Virus record (IMG/VR): IMGVR_UViG_3300011113_000257
Coordinates: 1 to 64,000 of that record
Direction: 5' to 3' (one strand)
Origin: a virus
Length of the DNA stretch: 64,000 nucleotides
Part shown: one piece after another, positions 63,446 through 64,000 of the stretch
Layout: each line of letters begins with the position of its first letter
Position numbering within the stretch: position 1 is the first letter of the stretch
Program-made: the position numbers and the translations under genes
The notes under the pieces: generated by a model
What the model was told of the DNA's origin: nothing
The model's database searches: none
What the model saw: the letters and a program-made list of their open reading frames with translations, nothing else

Positions 63446-63754
63446 ATGAATTCTGAAATATACCTGACTCTTGAAGAGTACAACGATTTTGTGTCACAGG
63501 CACATGCTCAATATATGATAAACCGTCTGCAACATACTCCGTCAGACACCTACAAAAAGTATCATCCGTCTGACCTTGCAATCGAAACCGCATCATTCTT
63601 TGAAGCGTCCTATTTAGTGCTTGACTCCTATCTAGATATAATCACAGCACGACTACGCGCAGAGAGAGAAGCAAAACAAGAACCCGTAGAACCATTCTTT
63701 GACCACAAACCAACCAAGCCAAAGAAGGAAAGAAAGCAAGTAAAAGAGAAATGA
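63446..63754 (+). CDS. Hypothetical protein
   Basis: AAGGAG SD; first gene after the strand switch. Confidence 0.6.
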   Translation: MNSEIYLTLEEYNDFVSQAHAQYMINRLQHTPSDTYKKYHPSDLAIETASFFEASYLVLDSYLDIITARLRAEREAKQEPVEPFFDHKPTKPKKERKQVKEK

Positions 63755-64000
63755 GATATTTAATGAAAAAAATTAAACTAATAAAAACCAACCGACTCCT
63801 AAAAAAGCACGTTGGTAAATCAACTTACTGGGATTAAGTAGGAGAACTAATGACACATATGATTTCGGTAGGGACACACGAATTATTACTAAACCTGTTT
63901 GAGGAAAAGATAGACCTAGAAACATTTAAGAATCTTTCTAATCTACCTGAAGAAGAACTCAACGCAATTTTAGAACTCTTATTAGAAACAGGTTGCTAAA

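Noticed and set aside
1-64000. Diversity-generating retroelement, intron/intein or genetic-code reassignment
   Set aside because: No reverse transcriptase, template/variable repeat pair or splicing motifs seen; long ORFs are intact in the standard code.

Overview
The window is part of a large tailed dsDNA phage genome; its genes and promoter style point to an actinobacterial host (inference). Bases 1-36.9 kb are a minus-strand virion module. In order from the left: tape measure (partial), frameshifting tail chaperones, tail completion genes, a collagen-like fibre with a peptidase-G2 chaperone, head-tail adaptor, major tail protein and a mycobacteriophage cluster-B-type capsid pentamer/hexamer pair. 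These are followed by a 1735-aa prohead-protease polyprotein carrying a Dps domain, a 3827-aa protein with DEDDh exonuclease, GNAT-like and HipA/PI4K-like kinase domains, and the portal. Bases ~37-62 kb are an early/accessory region built from repeated mini-cassettes: sigma70/SigA-type promoter with a conserved TGTCAGG spacer, 5' hairpin with an AAGGG-type pentaloop, Shine-Dalgarno (SD), small ORF, terminator, and a 13-bp AAAAATTTCAGTT box (16 exact copies found). This region also encodes an adjacent phosphatase and deacetylase, a proteasome-beta/HslV-like protease, a MoxR AAA+/VWA pair, tRNA-Tyr and a candidate structured ncRNA. A probable replication origin with two perfect DnaA boxes lies at ~63.0-63.4 kb. 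Best candidates for new biology: the cassette regulatory grammar (box plus leader hairpin), a protease-processed head cargo system including Dps and other metal-binding modules, and a possible writer/eraser protein-modification circuit. All family assignments come from motif recognition by eye; no database search was run.
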